Assembly: GCF_006345805.1 (NCBI RefSeq)
Contig: NC_043007.1
Span: 51,832,001-51,896,000, forward strand
Direction: 5' to 3'
Source: Octopus sinensis
Lineage: Eukaryota
DNA: 64,000 nt
Position numbers and translations under genes: made by a program
In this document: positions 36,573 to 50,469 of the stretch, one piece after another
Numbering within the stretch: the stretch's first letter is position 1
Layout of the letters: each line of letters starts with the position of its first letter
The notes under the pieces: generated by a model
Databases searched by the model: none
What the model saw: only the letters and a program-made list of their open reading frames with translations
Told to the model about the DNA's origin: nothing

Positions 36573-37571
36573 CCCCACTCATTTTGCCACTCCTCTAGCC
36601 TGGATAAGTTTTTTTTTTCTCAGGACATCAATTATATGCATTACATGAACATTATGCATAAAAGACAGGCACATTTCACAAAATACATATATATATATAC
36701 AAACCTATGAATCCACAAGCCCATCAACTTACAACGCCACGGACCAAATTTGGCGTCAAAATTACGTGAAATTCCACTATTTTGTGCACATACTCAAGAA
36801 CGAAAAGAATACATAATGTAGGTGTGTATGTGTGTGTTTATGTGTGCATGTGTGTGTACCAGCGTGTATATACATATTTTGTATGGATGTGCATGTACAC
36901 ATAAGTGTATGTTTATATTCATGTTTATAAATTTGGACGTTCGTGTACACGAGCGCTCTCACATGAAATGATTAAGGAATTAATTAATTCATGGTTACCG
37001 TAATTTCTAACGCAGAGGAAAAAATAATTGAAATTTCCTGTAAGTCATCTCCCATGATATGTATATTAATTTATTTATCTCCAAATCCCTTACAGTCTCT
37101 TGTAGCTTCGTATATTTCCATCCATACAGAAAGTTTGATAATTGCTGAGAATTTTTTCTCGTTATGAAAATCAATTATATTTGTTAAAGAGTGTTCCAAC
37201 TGATCCAATTAACGAAACAGCATGCTCGTGAAATTAACGTACAAGTGGTTAAGCACTCCACAAACACTCGCACTCGAAACGTGACAAGGCTGGCCCATCG
37301 AATTACAGGTAGAACTCATTTTTACCAGCTGAGTGAACTGAAGCAATGCCGGGAATCGAACTCGCAACTTTCCAATACCCTAACCAATGAAGAGTATTTA
37401 TCCTTCAATGCGGTGCACTCATTCCCTCTATTAGCGTATATATGAGCGCGTGTGTGTGCGTAAGTGAGTGTGTATGTGTGTGTGTATGTGTGTGTATGTG
37501 TGTATGTGTGTGTATGTGTGTGTATGTATTTATACACATATACATATATATATATGTACACACACATATAA

Positions 37572-37684
<113 letters not shown>

Positions 37685-37955
37685 CATGTAAAGGATATAC
37701 ACATGCAAAACTCAGAAACAGCTACATGCAGCCATGAATTTTTCAAGAAAACGAAGGTCAAAAAGATAGAAAGGCGTAGACATAAGCGGTGGGGTGTAGT
37801 GTTGGTGCTGGTGGTAGCTGTGAATGGAAACAGAACTTTATATAATTCACTGAAACAATACATGTCAAAACATTGAATATGTTGAAAGAATTTCTTGATG
37901 AAGATGGAGATTAACAAAGTCTGTGCGTAGTGTGCGTGTGGTCTCTCACGTCACC

Positions 37956-38016
<61 letters not shown>

Positions 38017-38756
38017 CATAGAAATATGAGCTACAGACACTCTTGTTCTCCTGTATAACTGAACAATATATTTGTGTGTGAATATACATATGTATGTGTA
38101 TTTGTATGCATGTGTAAAGTGCATCCGCACAAAAAGAAAACGTACAAAATTACATATATGTACAATATATTTTGTATATATACACATCGTGTCTTAGAAG
38201 GAAAAAATGTATATATATATATACATATGTGTGTGTGTGTGTGATTTTTAATCAGAAGATTCTTACCCTGGGTAAAACCCAAGTTAACTAAAGGGATATT
38301 AAAGATGACAATGCCTTATTTTTCACATACCACATACAACTTGATAATGATGTTTGTTCATGTCTTTTAACATTCATCCTGAAAGTGATATTATAGTTTA
38401 AGTAACGGTTCGTTCTCGCATATTACTATGTAAAATTTAGTGGGATATGCGTTTCTGGAACACAGCAGCAACCACTATGCATAATATCCCGAGAGAAATA
38501 ACTCTCTATTTTGGCAATTGTGGTTATGTTTCCTGTGATTTCGTTTTCAGAATGTCAGCACGGAATCTCGAGAAACATTCTGGAAATAAGTGTCAACAGA
38601 GTTATCTTCCGAGTTCCTGAAATTATCAATTATTTGAGGGAGTTTAACAACTTCAATGATTCTCCTAGTACCATGTCATACAGCACATGTTTAATTTTAA
38701 ATTGTGCCGATTAAATAATTCGGAAGATGTGCGATGTGAGAAAACAATTTTGGATC

Positions 38757-39860
38757 AGGTTTAGGAAATGTAGTGGGTTATTGGATTCCACATTGAAGAA
38801 TTGCTTGGTGACCCAGGCTTTAACGTTTTCCCTCCACATGACCTGCAGCTTCTCCTTCGGAGTTTTGTGCCACTTGAACACTTGTGGGTTTTCGGAATGG
38901 TAGTCAAGAAGTGGCTAAATCTTCAAGTCTACATTCGCACAAAGGTCGAGAGGTAGCCTATCTTTCATAGGCTTGTGGCTTGGCATTTTCTTCTCCTCTG
39001 CAGTTATGTAGGTTCCTCTGGGTATTTTTTCCAAAAAACCGGCCAGTTTCATCACAGCTGAATATCAGTTGTGCGATGTACCCCTCGGCTACGATGAACT
39101 GACGGAATTCACGCACGAAATCTTCAGCTGCCTTCGTATCAGAGCTCAATGCTTCGCCATACCTGACGACGCTATGAACACCAATGCTCTTCTTGAAATG
39201 CGTCTGCTGATGTCTCCTCTATCGATGTTCCAGGGTTCTGCTTTCTCGCAAATGATAGTCTCCGTAACCGTAACCCCTGCAATTTACTTCATGTTGAACC
39301 ACAGGAGAAGCAATTTTTCCAATGTTTCGTGGACAGATGCGAGTTGCTTAGAGAGCCTGGAGATAGCCTTTGCTGTTGTAACGGCCTTGATCTCGTTCTT
39401 TTTCTTCAAAATGATGCAGATCCTCGACGTGCTTCGGTCGTATTGGCGTGCTATGTCCACTACACGCACTCCTCTCTCATGTTTATCAAGGATTTCCTTC
39501 TTCAATTCTATCGTAATCAGCTTTTTCTTCTTTACATCACTGTCCTTTGCACTAATCTTCTTAGGACCCCATGGCTATCACGGCTAAATATTATAAAATA
39601 ATAGCAAAAGATGCACGAAACTAAACAAAACACTGGGAAAACACAACATGGATGGAGATAAACACGTGAACTGAGCGAGCGAAGAATGCTCTTGTTGGGA
39701 GAGCTTGTGGGATCTCAGCACCGACTAGCGGTCGCTTGTATAAAACTCGCTCGTACTTCAGATTTCTACTCGTACTTCAAGACAAAAATTTGCATGAGCT
39801 TCGGCTCGTACAGCAAGTTACTCGTACAATAGTGCACTCGTACTGAGCGCTGCTCTACTG
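38757..39860 (-). mobile_element. pogo/Tigger-like DNA transposon, 5' half
   Basis: End TA|CAGTAG at 39860-39862, with five subterminal CTCGTAC repeats. Transposase: KKISAKD..KKKLITIELKKEILDKHERGVRVVDIARQYDRSTS...EKLLLLW...IFSCDETG..GK...YITAEE...PMKDRL...VMW...KAWVT. Confidence 0.85.
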
Positions 39861-39899
39861 TATATGTATATATATGTGTGTGTGTGTGTGTGTAATATA

Positions 39900-39941
<42 letters not shown>

Positions 39942-40169
39942 AGCATTATGACCCGTCGTTGCCGGGTCATAGTGCTAGTGCATGTATATATGTGTATATA
40001 TATGTGTACATATTACATGTACATCTGTATATATATATATACATCTACACATAAAATACAAAATACAAAGTTATATCTAGATACCGCTAGTGATAACAAT
40101 ATTCAAAATATATAACAGACTGGAATTGTAGGCCCGTCTCTTGCAATTTCGATCAATTTTATCTTGTCC

Positions 40170-41370
40170 TCCCTCTTGTATAGAAGTGTGGTACGAGAAT
40201 GGCCCACTCTTTTGCTAACCTAGTCATGGGATATCTAGAAATTAGTCTTTATCGTAAGGTTCTAGAAAATAGGGCAGTCCATTCTCCCTCTACATAGAAA
40301 ATAACTGGAAGAGATACCTGGATGACTGTTTCATTCTTTGGCAAGAAAGTATAGAGATACTTAAAGAATTTCAAGCGCTTATAAATGGATTTGACGTAAA
40401 CATTCAATTCACGATGGAATACAGCTGTCAACAACTTCCCTTCCTCGACATTCTCATTAAGAAATTTAACAACGTAATAGAAATAGATATATACTATAAG
40501 CCCACGTACTCCAAGCAATATCTACCGTTCAACTCATGCCGCCACAGACACACCAGAATGAATATCCCCTTCAAATTAGCAAAAAGGATATGTACTATAG
40601 TTTCTAATGCAAGCACCAGAGACACACGACTACATGAACTAAAGGATCCACTCATCACCAGGAACTACCCATCTTCACTAAATGACATATGCTTTGAACG
40701 TGCCCTACAACCCAACATCCACGAACTCAAACATCCCAAATTAAAGAAGGATTTACAACCTACAATATATGACCACACACAACCCTCTTAACAATAAAGC
40801 CTTCCACACCATTCTTAAAAACATTCCCCTGCTAAAAAAAGGATCACAGAATGAACTTAATCCTCCAAACACACACCATCATAAAGAGCAAGAGACAGCC
40901 CAAATCTATGAAAAGTCTGCTAATACAAGCCCAAATACGCTCAGCAACACTGAAGCCGTCAGTAAAAAAAATGCGGAAGACCCATCTGTGAGATATGCGT
41001 CAATATAATTGTTGGATCAGAGTTCTCCTTCAAACAGGGATAACGTTTCACTGTGAATAGCAGCTTCACATGTGCTTCAGAGAACCTGATATACGCACTA
41101 ACCTGCTCTGGGTGTCATGAGCAATACATAAGGCCAAACAAAAAACAGTCTGCATCAAAGGATGGTTCTGCACAGATCCCAGATAGAAATTCCGAAAAAC
41201 TGAAAAATAGCATTCAGCCAACACATCGACATTTGCGCCAATAACAAAAATCCAGGCTTCAGATTTTTTTCCTCTATCAATTGGGGGACGATACAACCTG
41301 TAGCCAACGAATTAGTAAAGAGTCGTTCTTTATCACAAAATACAGACCCCTTTTGAACGCATTATTATTC
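40170..41370 (+). pseudogene. Penelope-like RT C-terminus and GIY-YIG, decayed
   Basis: GTRMAHSFANLVMGYLE...YLDDCF...LPFLDILI...DIYYKPT..KQYLPFNS; FTCASENLIYALTCSGCHEQYI...HIDICA...KESFFITKYRPLLN. Confidence 0.85.
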
Positions 41371-41761
41371 AATACAACCTTAGCATAACACACACACAAA
41401 TATTTAAAATGATACATTCAAAAGAGATACCGAAGAATTCATTAAAAACAGTCCCGATCACTGCTATAATCTACAACGAATTACTTTTAGGTCACTTGAC
41501 CATCTAACATCCTACTACTATCATACCATCCTGCATTCTTTTATTATTCTTTCTCCGCCTTCTCTTTCTTCTTCGACTTCTTCCTCTCCGCCACCTCCTT
41601 CCTTACTTTACTATGTTTAAAATGACACCTACGCATATATTATAAACAATACATTCAAAAGAGATATCTCAAGAATTCAATCACTACTACCATCCACAAC
41701 AAGTCACTTTCGGGGCACTTGACCATTTAACGTCCTACTACAATCATAGCACTCCCGCATT

Positions 41762-41895
41762 CTTTCTTCTTCTTCTTCTTCTTCTTCTTCTTCTTCTTCT
41801 TCTTCTTCTTCTTCTTCTTCTTCTTCTTCTTCTTCTTCTTCTTCTTCTTCTTCTTCTTCTTCTTCTTCTTCTTCTTCTTCTTCTTCTTCTTCTTC
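41762..41895. repeat. (TTC)n microsatellite
   Basis: Pure run. It is the source of the poly-K and poly-R ORFs. Confidence 0.98.
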
Positions 41896-42057
41896 TCTGC
41901 CAAGAATTCACAACGACCTCGATCCAACAAGAGCCGACAAGAAAGACAGAGAGAAGCAGAACAAGGAAAATGCCCCTTGTGTTTGAATACAATGCAAATA
42001 TTCTTTTAAAATACTTTTCATTTAACTTTTCCAAAATTTAATTCTTTTCCATACTTA

Positions 42058-42093
42058 CAGTTGAAAAAGTCTCAATGACCGAAACCGGTACTG
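42058..42093 (+). ncRNA. Minimal type-I hammerhead-like motif, U3-A8 core variant, downstream of a PLE ORF
   Basis: CAG-UUGAAAA-AGUC(UCAAU)GACC-GAAA-CCG-GUA^CUG. Stem I CAG/CUG, palindromic ACCGGU stem III, A-C mismatch at the base of stem II. Confidence 0.65.
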
Positions 42094-42291
42094 AAACGTT
42101 TTTTATAAAATTATTTTAGCATTTTCTACCTTGACTTTTTCCATGTGTGTGTGTGCTCGTGTGTGTGTATGTATGTGTGACTGTATGTATGTATATATAT
42201 GTATATATAAAGGTATATGTATATGTACACACACACACATATATATATGTATATATACACACATATATATATGTATATATATACATGCATT

Positions 42292-42332
<41 letters not shown>

Positions 42333-42555
42333 TTTGTAATTTAAGTGTGATTAGATCAACTGGAACCCTCGTCGTCGTAACCGACGGAGTGCCAGTTGTA
42401 TATATGTGTGTGTGTCTGTATTTAATCATTTATATATTAGAACATATAGTGACATGTCTACATACACAGACGCACACGCACACATACACATACTCAGATA
42501 CATACATATATTGTGTATGTATGTATGTATGTATGTATGTATGTATGTATATATG

Positions 42556-42589
<34 letters not shown>

Positions 42590-42627
42590 TGTATGTATGT
42601 ATGTATGTATGTATGTATGTATATATG

Positions 42628-42661
<34 letters not shown>

Positions 42662-43799
42662 TGTATGTATGTATGTATGTATGTATGTGTAACCCTATGC
42701 AAGAAAGATGGGAAATTGTTGTGTGCACGTGATTTCCCCCAAACCATTATCGATGTGAGAAACTCAAAGAACTCTAGCAGATTCGCTTCACCATAGACCA
42801 CCACCATTTTACTCTACAGCGCTTGTTACAAAGTATGTCATTTTTTATCTGAAAACATTTATATATTTCTTCCTTCTCACTTTAGTATATTTTCTCATTA
42901 TTCATTTTTATTATAATATATGCATTATTTTCCATCAATTTCTTCTTTGTTATTTGTTTCTATTGTTTTTTATATTTGATAGAAGTCATTTTTATATGAA
43001 CCCAGCTAAAAGCAACTGAATCTTACATTAATAAAAATGAGTAAATAAATAAAAGCAAGGTGCGAAGAACCCCGACCTCATGAAAAACATGGAAATCTCT
43101 GTAGATTTCCATTATCTTTGATATATGTCTACAATTACAATACCACTTTGGCCATTCAGAAAAAACATGGAAGCATTAAGATAGAAATTCGGCAGGTCTT
43201 TGATAATAATAATGGTGGTGGTGGTGGTGGTGGTGGTGGTGGCGGCGTTGGAAGAAATTTCAAACAGAGCGGAAGAAAGAAGTGTTAATGTTGAGAAGTA
43301 GTCAATAACGAAGTTGAATATCTCCTGAAAACCATGAAGATATCGTTGAAATATCTAAGGACAACAGCAAAAAGCAAAACACACTCGGACCACACATTCA
43401 TACACTTATACATATTAATACGCACATGCAAATACACACAGAAACGCACACATCATGCAAATACATACATATACATAGATGCATGTATACACTCATTCGC
43501 ATGCATACACACACACACACATACAAACAATGCAGCTACAGTAAAAACTCTCACCGAAAGCGGACACAGATGTAATATGTCATCAGGACTGTATTTTTAC
43601 ACTCCACGTGACGTCATTAAGTTGACCGGTATAAGCTTCTGTATTTCCGGTCACATGCATGCTATGTAGAAACCTCCAATTTATCTGAAACATCAAAACT
43701 AGCTATATACACACACGTCCATACATACATGCTCATATATATGCACATACATGCACATACACGCACGCACACACACATACATATATATATATATGTATA

Positions 43800-43841
<42 letters not shown>

Positions 43842-44880
43842 GACAAACATAAACACATGCATTCATACACTCGTGCACAAATACACACACATATTCATAT
43901 ACATACTTACACACACACACACGCATACATTTGCATATACAAGCCCACATGTATCAACACATACATACATCTATACACATACATATACGCACACAAGCAT
44001 ACACATGCACCTAACTGCTTATTCACTCTCCACACACCTGTACAGAAGTGCTTGTTTATATGAAACTAAAGCTAATATGATAATAGAGTTGCTTCTCGAG
44101 AATAAGATTTTTTTATTCCGTGTAATTTTCACAATTGGACAACGTGTTCTTGAAATTAACAGCCTTTCTTGAAATTAACTTGTAAGTTGCTGAGCACTCC
44201 ACAGACACGCATATCCTCAACATATTTATCAGGCAGATTCAACGTGTCACACTGACTGTGAAAGGCTGGCCCATTGAACTAGAAGTGCAACACATTTTTA
44301 CCAGCTGAGTGGACTGAAGCAATGGGAAATGAAGTGTCTTGCACATGGACAGAACGCGCCGCCAGAAATCGAACTCACGACCGTAAAGTCGTAAACCAAA
44401 TACTCTAGCCACTAAGCTATATTTAAAAGAAAAGGAAGTATTCACAAGATCAAATATGTAAAGATGTAAAGTCTTTCCACTCAATCTCTGTTGCTAAATA
44501 AAATGCCAGCAATAATTGCGTGAACAGTAATTGAACCATATATATTTCGATCTAAAATATATTTTATACTCCCCCTCTCACATTAATAAGAAAGAAATAA
44601 AGAATTACTCATACGGCAGTATACTGGAAGTAGTCCGCTTCTTCAATGACTGCAAGTAAGTATTTCATTTATTTCTTAACGTATTTACCGCTGATGTCGA
44701 AAAAGTTCTGTATGAATTAACTCAGAAATCGGACCGATTCGGTATTAATAGAATTTTTTTCAGAAATTTCTGTCAGCTTGCTTCGAGACGCTTGCTTATA
44801 TTGATGAATTATGTAGAAATTTAAAGTCTATTTTCAGCATATTTGGCATAAGAATTTTTTTTTTTTTTGCCCTTATATAT

Positions 44881-44972
<92 letters not shown>

Positions 44973-45073
44973 ATATATATATAATATATATATATATATC
45001 AGATGTATCACTGTGGACTCCATGTGGGCAGCCATCTAAAAGTTTTTCTTATATATGTATATATATATATATT

Positions 45074-46800
45074 TTATTCTAGTTTCAGCTCAGAGCTGCG
45101 GCCATGCTGATGCACCGCCGTTTTGTGCTACACTGTTATTACGACGAACCTCGTCTAATATGTGGCACTTGGTGAAGAATGGAGTTTGATACAGCTACTC
45201 TCTTTTGCACCTCTTGCCGTGAGGTAGGTTGATCTGGGACTTTTGACAGGAAGATGTCCAGCTTTGATTTAAAAACCGCTACATCTACTTTGTGCAAGTT
45301 TCTCAGACTCTTTGGGAGAATATTAAAAAGCTGTGGGCCCTTGAAACCCAGGCTGTTGCAGAAGCTGGTCCTGAAGCGTGATGGCATTGCTGGGATCTTT
45401 GGCACTATGCAGTGTCGTCCCGTTCTAGCATTGGTGTAGCTTACAATGCCAAAATTTGGCACAAATCCTTCCAGGATCTTCCAGACATATATTACTGCAT
45501 ACCTCTCCCGTCTTCTCTCCAGGGAGTAGAGTCTTAGCTGTTTCAACCTTTCCCAGTAGCTGAGCTGTTGCAAAGAGACGATATTCTTTGTGAATCTTCT
45601 CTGGATTGCTTCAAGGTCCGCTGTTAATTTTACACTGGTGGGTGACCATAGCTGTGAGCAGTAATCCAGGCGACTGAGGACGAATGTCCGCCAGAGGACC
45701 ATCATGGTTTCCTTATCTCTGGTTCTGAATGTTCTTAGGATCCACCCAGCCAGTCGTCTGCACTTTGTTGCCATCCTGGTAATGTGCACTTGGAAAGAGG
45801 TATCATCACTCATGTCGATACCCAGGTCCCTCACAGACTTAGGCTCTGGGATTGAAATTCCCCGTGGACCGGTGTATCCTCTAAGTTTAATATTCAGTTT
45901 TGGATGCTGGTAGCGCAGGGCCTGGAATTTTTCAGCATTAAATTGCATATTATTATCCTCAGCCCATCTGTAGATTGAGTCCAACTCCTGCTGCAGGTGT
46001 GCAACATCGCTGGGGTTCTGTATTTTCTGCGAGACTTTCGGATCGTCTGCATAGCTGGCCAGAGTGGCTATCCGGGCATTTGAGGGCATATCTGAGAGGG
46101 CAGATATAAAACGCAGTGGTCCCAAGACAGTGCCCTGTGGAACACCGCTCATTATCTGTGTGTTCATAGAGGTGGCTCCATTAACCACTACTGCCTGACT
46201 CCTATCTTTCAGGAAGTCATGCAACCACACTCCAAGTTTTCCAGCTATGCCGAGGTCACGTAGTTTGTGTCATATCATACCATAATCCACCTTGTCAAAA
46301 GCTTTTGCAAAATCAAGGTAGATTACGTCCACATTTGATTTGTTGAGTAACTGCCTCAACACCCAGTCATAATGCTCCTACCTGGTCGAAGACCATGCTG
46401 GGTATTACTCTGCAAGTTATTTTCCTCAAGGAATGCGATTAGTTTCTTTCTGACTATCCGTTCCATGACTTTGCTGATGTGTGAAGTCAGAGAGATAGGC
46501 CTATAGTTTTTGGCATCTGCTCTACTTCCCCCTTTATGTATTGGGGAAATTATTCCCTCTTTCAGCTTGCCTGGCAGTTTGCCATTCGCAAGAAAGCTCT
46601 GGAAGAGAATCTTGAGGGGTTTTGCCAGGGCATGCTGACACGCTTTGAGGAGGATGGCTGGGAAACCGTCTAGACCAGCAGCTGAGTTTGTGTCCACTTC
46701 ATCTATGGCTAGTAGGACATCTTTTTCGCTAATGTCAATGCATTCTTTTGTAATCGCCTCGCTGGTTATAGGTGAGGCGGCAAAGAAGTCCACTGGTTCG
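45074..46800 (-). mobile_element. CR1-group LINE, 5'-truncated, with near-intact RT 3' ORF
   Basis: ORFs 46356-46793 (YRPISLTSHISKVMERIV) and 45139-46230 (GVPQGTVLGP, YADD, RLDYCSQLWSP, LYSLERRRER). 3' tail ggcggtgcatcagcatggccgcagctctgagctgaaactagaataaaat. Confidence 0.92.
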
Positions 46801-46860
46801 TTCCAACGGGGTGGTAAATATATGTAAATATATATGTATATATATATGTAAATATATATG

Positions 46861-46896
<36 letters not shown>

Positions 46897-46946
46897 CATA
46901 TATATACATATATAGATGATATATATATATATAGATATATATATAT

Positions 46947-47041
<95 letters not shown>

Positions 47042-47081
47042 TAGTATTATATATTATATTATTATATATATATATATATAT

Positions 47082-47118
<37 letters not shown>

Positions 47119-47164
47119 GTATATATATTATATTATATGTATATGATTTTGATTGATTTTTTTG

Positions 47165-48170
47165 ATTTTGATTTTTCCAGTTTCAGCTTATGAGCTGTGG
47201 CCATGCTGGGGCACCGCCATTTGGTGTTGCTACTTGTTTCACTTCATGAAGGCTTTCTAGCAACTGATTTGGTGCATATGAGAGAGTTCGATGCAGCTGC
47301 CCTCATCTGCCCCTCCTGCCGTGAAGTTGATTCATCTGGGACACCTGACAGGAAGAGATCCAGCTTCATTTTAAAGACACTGCATCCACCCCATGCAGGT
47401 CTCTCAGGTTCTTCGGGAGGATATTGAAGAGCTGTGGGCCTCGGAAGCCCAGGCTATCACAGAATCTTGTCCTACATCTAGATGGCAAGTTTGGAGTCCT
47501 AGGCACCATGCAGTGGCGCCCAGTTCTGGCATTTGCGTAACTCTCGATGCCAAAGTTCAGGACACTTCCCTCCAGGATCTTCCAGATGTATATTATGGCA
47601 TATCTTTCCCGCCTACGCTCCAGGGAATATAATTTTAATTTCTTGAGTCTTTCCCAGTAGCTTACATTCTGCATAGAGGCTATCTTCTTCGTGTAGCTAC
47701 GTTGGATCGCCTCGAGCTCTGTGATCAACTTGACGCTGGATGGTGACCATAGCTGAGAGCAATAGTCAAAGTGGCTTAGGACAAGTGTCTTCCAGAGGAC
47801 CATCATGGTTTCTTGTTCTTTTGTTCTAAAGGTTCTAAGAATCCAGCCAGCCAGCCGTCTGCATTTCATTGTCAGTTTAGCAACATGTACATGAAAGGTC
47901 GCGTCATCACTCATGTGAATACCCAGGTCACGCACTGATTGTGCCTCTGGGATTGCAATCCCTCCGAGTCCAGTGTATTCATTGGGTATTGCATTCAGTT
48001 TTGCATGCTGATAGTATAAAGCTTGAAACTTTTCAGCATTGAACTGCATGCTATTCTTTTCAGCCCACTTGTATATTTCGTCCAGCTCACATTGCAGGTG
48101 CTTAGTGTCTTCAGGGTTCTGTATTGCCTGTGAAACTTTTGTATCATCTGCATAACTTGTGATCGTGGCT
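47165..48170 (-). mobile_element. CR1-group LINE 3' fragment
   Basis: ORF 47366-48211 (YADDTKV...HFDYCSQLWSP...LYSLERRRER), with the same 3' tail type. Confidence 0.92.
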
Positions 48171-48171
48171 C

Positions 48172-48358
48172 TAATATTAATTAGAGACAAAACCACTATT
48201 ATGCAAATCAAACAAAGAAAAACTTAATCCAATACATAAAAAAATTTATATAAATTAAATAAAATTAATTTATTTAATTTATATAAATTTTTATGTATTG
48301 GATTAAGTTTTTCTTTGTTTGATTTGCCTAATAGTGGTTTTGTCTCTAATTAATATTA
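48172..48358. repeat. Near-perfect ~187-bp palindrome (5-nt spacer)
   Basis: taatattaattagagacaaaaccactatta...aataaa | attaa | tttatt...taatagtggttttgtctctaattaatatta. Confidence 0.92.
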
Positions 48359-48566
48359 TATAAATTTTACTATAAAATTGGATTCAATCCTAAATCTGAT
48401 TTTTCCCTGTAAATTTGGATTTATTCGCTAATATTTATTATATATATATATACATATATATATATATACATATATATATATACATATATATATAATATGT
48501 ATATATATGTATTTATATATATATATATATACAATATAATTACATATATATATATAATATATTACA

Positions 48567-48650
<84 letters not shown>

Positions 48651-48685
48651 CATATATATACATATATATACATACTATATATATA

Positions 48686-48763
<78 letters not shown>

Positions 48764-48766
48764 TAT

Positions 48767-48851
<85 letters not shown>

Positions 48852-49204
48852 ACATATATATACATACATATATCAAATGTGAGGATAAAATTCTTTTCGA
48901 AAAAAAATATTTTCTCGAAAAGAATTTTATCAATGGCCAGCTTATTAAAAAATATCTTTAACGGTTAAATTTATAAACAATTTATAAATGAGGGCAAAGG
49001 AAAAATTTTTCTAATGCCAAATATGCCGAAAAATTGGACATATTGTCCATTAACCATATACTTTTTTCACAATACGCACGCTACTCGAAAAAGGGTCGAC
49101 AGAAATTTCTAAAAAATTCCATTATTACCATATCGGACCGATTTCAGAGTTAGCTACTAAGAGACCTCTCTTCGTCAGTGATACATGTAGCAAAAGAAAT
49201 AAAT

Positions 49205-49885
49205 GACCTGGGTATTTACATGAGTGATGACGCAACCTTTCATGTACATGTTGCTAAATTGGCAATGAAATGTAGGCGGCTGGCCGGGTGGATTCTTAGA
49301 ACCTTTAGAACAAGAGACCAAGTTGATCACAGAACTTGAGGCGATCCAACGAAGCTACATGAAGAAGATAGCCTCTGTGCAGCATATAAGCTACTGGGAA
49401 AGACTCAAGAGATTAAGACTCTATTCCTTGGAGCGTAGGCGAGAAAGATATGCCATAATATACATCTGGAAGATCCTAGAAGGACTTGTCCCAAACTTTG
49501 GCATCGCGAGTTACACAAATGCCAGAACTGGGCGCCACTGCGTGGTGCCTAGGACTCCAAATTTGCCATCAAGATGTAGGACAAGATACTGTGATAGCCT
49601 GGGCTTCAGAGGCCCACAGCTCTTCAATATCCTCCCGAAGAACCTGAGGGACCAGCATGTGGTGGATGCAGATGTCTCTAAAGTAGGACTGGATCTCTTC
49701 CTGTCAGGTGTCCCAGATGAACCAACTTCACATCAGGAGGTGCAGATGAGGGCAGCTGTATCGAGCTCTCTCATGCACCAAATGGCAGTTGCTAAAAAGC
49801 ATTCGTGAAGTAAAATCATGTAGCAACACCAAATGGCGGTGCCCCAGCATGGCCACAGCTCGTGAGCTGAAACTAGATAAAATAA
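49205..49885 (+). mobile_element. CR1-group LINE 3' fragment with an internal deletion, inverted relative to 47165-48170
   Basis: ORF 49323-49808 is close to 47366-48211. The segment between agaacaagagacc and agttgatcacag is missing. Confidence 0.9.
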
Positions 49886-49928
49886 AAATAATAAAAATAA
49901 TAAAAAATATTGTGTGTGTGTGTATATG

Positions 49929-49975
<47 letters not shown>

Positions 49976-49998
49976 ATATATATCTATATATATATATA

Positions 49999-50273
49999 GA
50001 GGGTACTATTATTCATAGTACCCCAGCACGCTAGGAGGGACTTTTGCAGTCAAACTACTAAAATAAACAAATTGTACCGAATGCAAAACTTCAAAGCAAG
50101 TCATTTAAAAAACAGAATTTAGTTACATATCACCTGTGATTTCGCAATCAATGCAGAATATGCATTCTATGCCTTCAGTGCAACGAACTCAGACATATAA
50201 GAAAAACACAACATTACAAACCCGACAGCCAACCGTAGAATTCGCCGCAGCATTACCTATGAATAGTACCCTC
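49999..50273. mobile_element. MITE with GAGGGTACTATT...CATAG terminal inverted repeats, inserted in (TA)n
   Basis: tata|gagggtactattattcatag ... ctatgaatagtaccctc|tata. Superfamily is not determined (TA or TATA duplication). Confidence 0.8.
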
Positions 50274-50389
50274 TATATAATATAAATAAATATTTTCAAA
50301 GTGGAAAAATTTACAGATTTTTTCTCTTACGAGGTTTTTCACGCTAACTACTGATAATTTCTTATAAAGATTTTATCCTTAATTTTAAA

Positions 50390-50425
<36 letters not shown>

Positions 50426-50469
50426 TATATATTTATGAGTGTATATATATATATATATGTATGTATATA

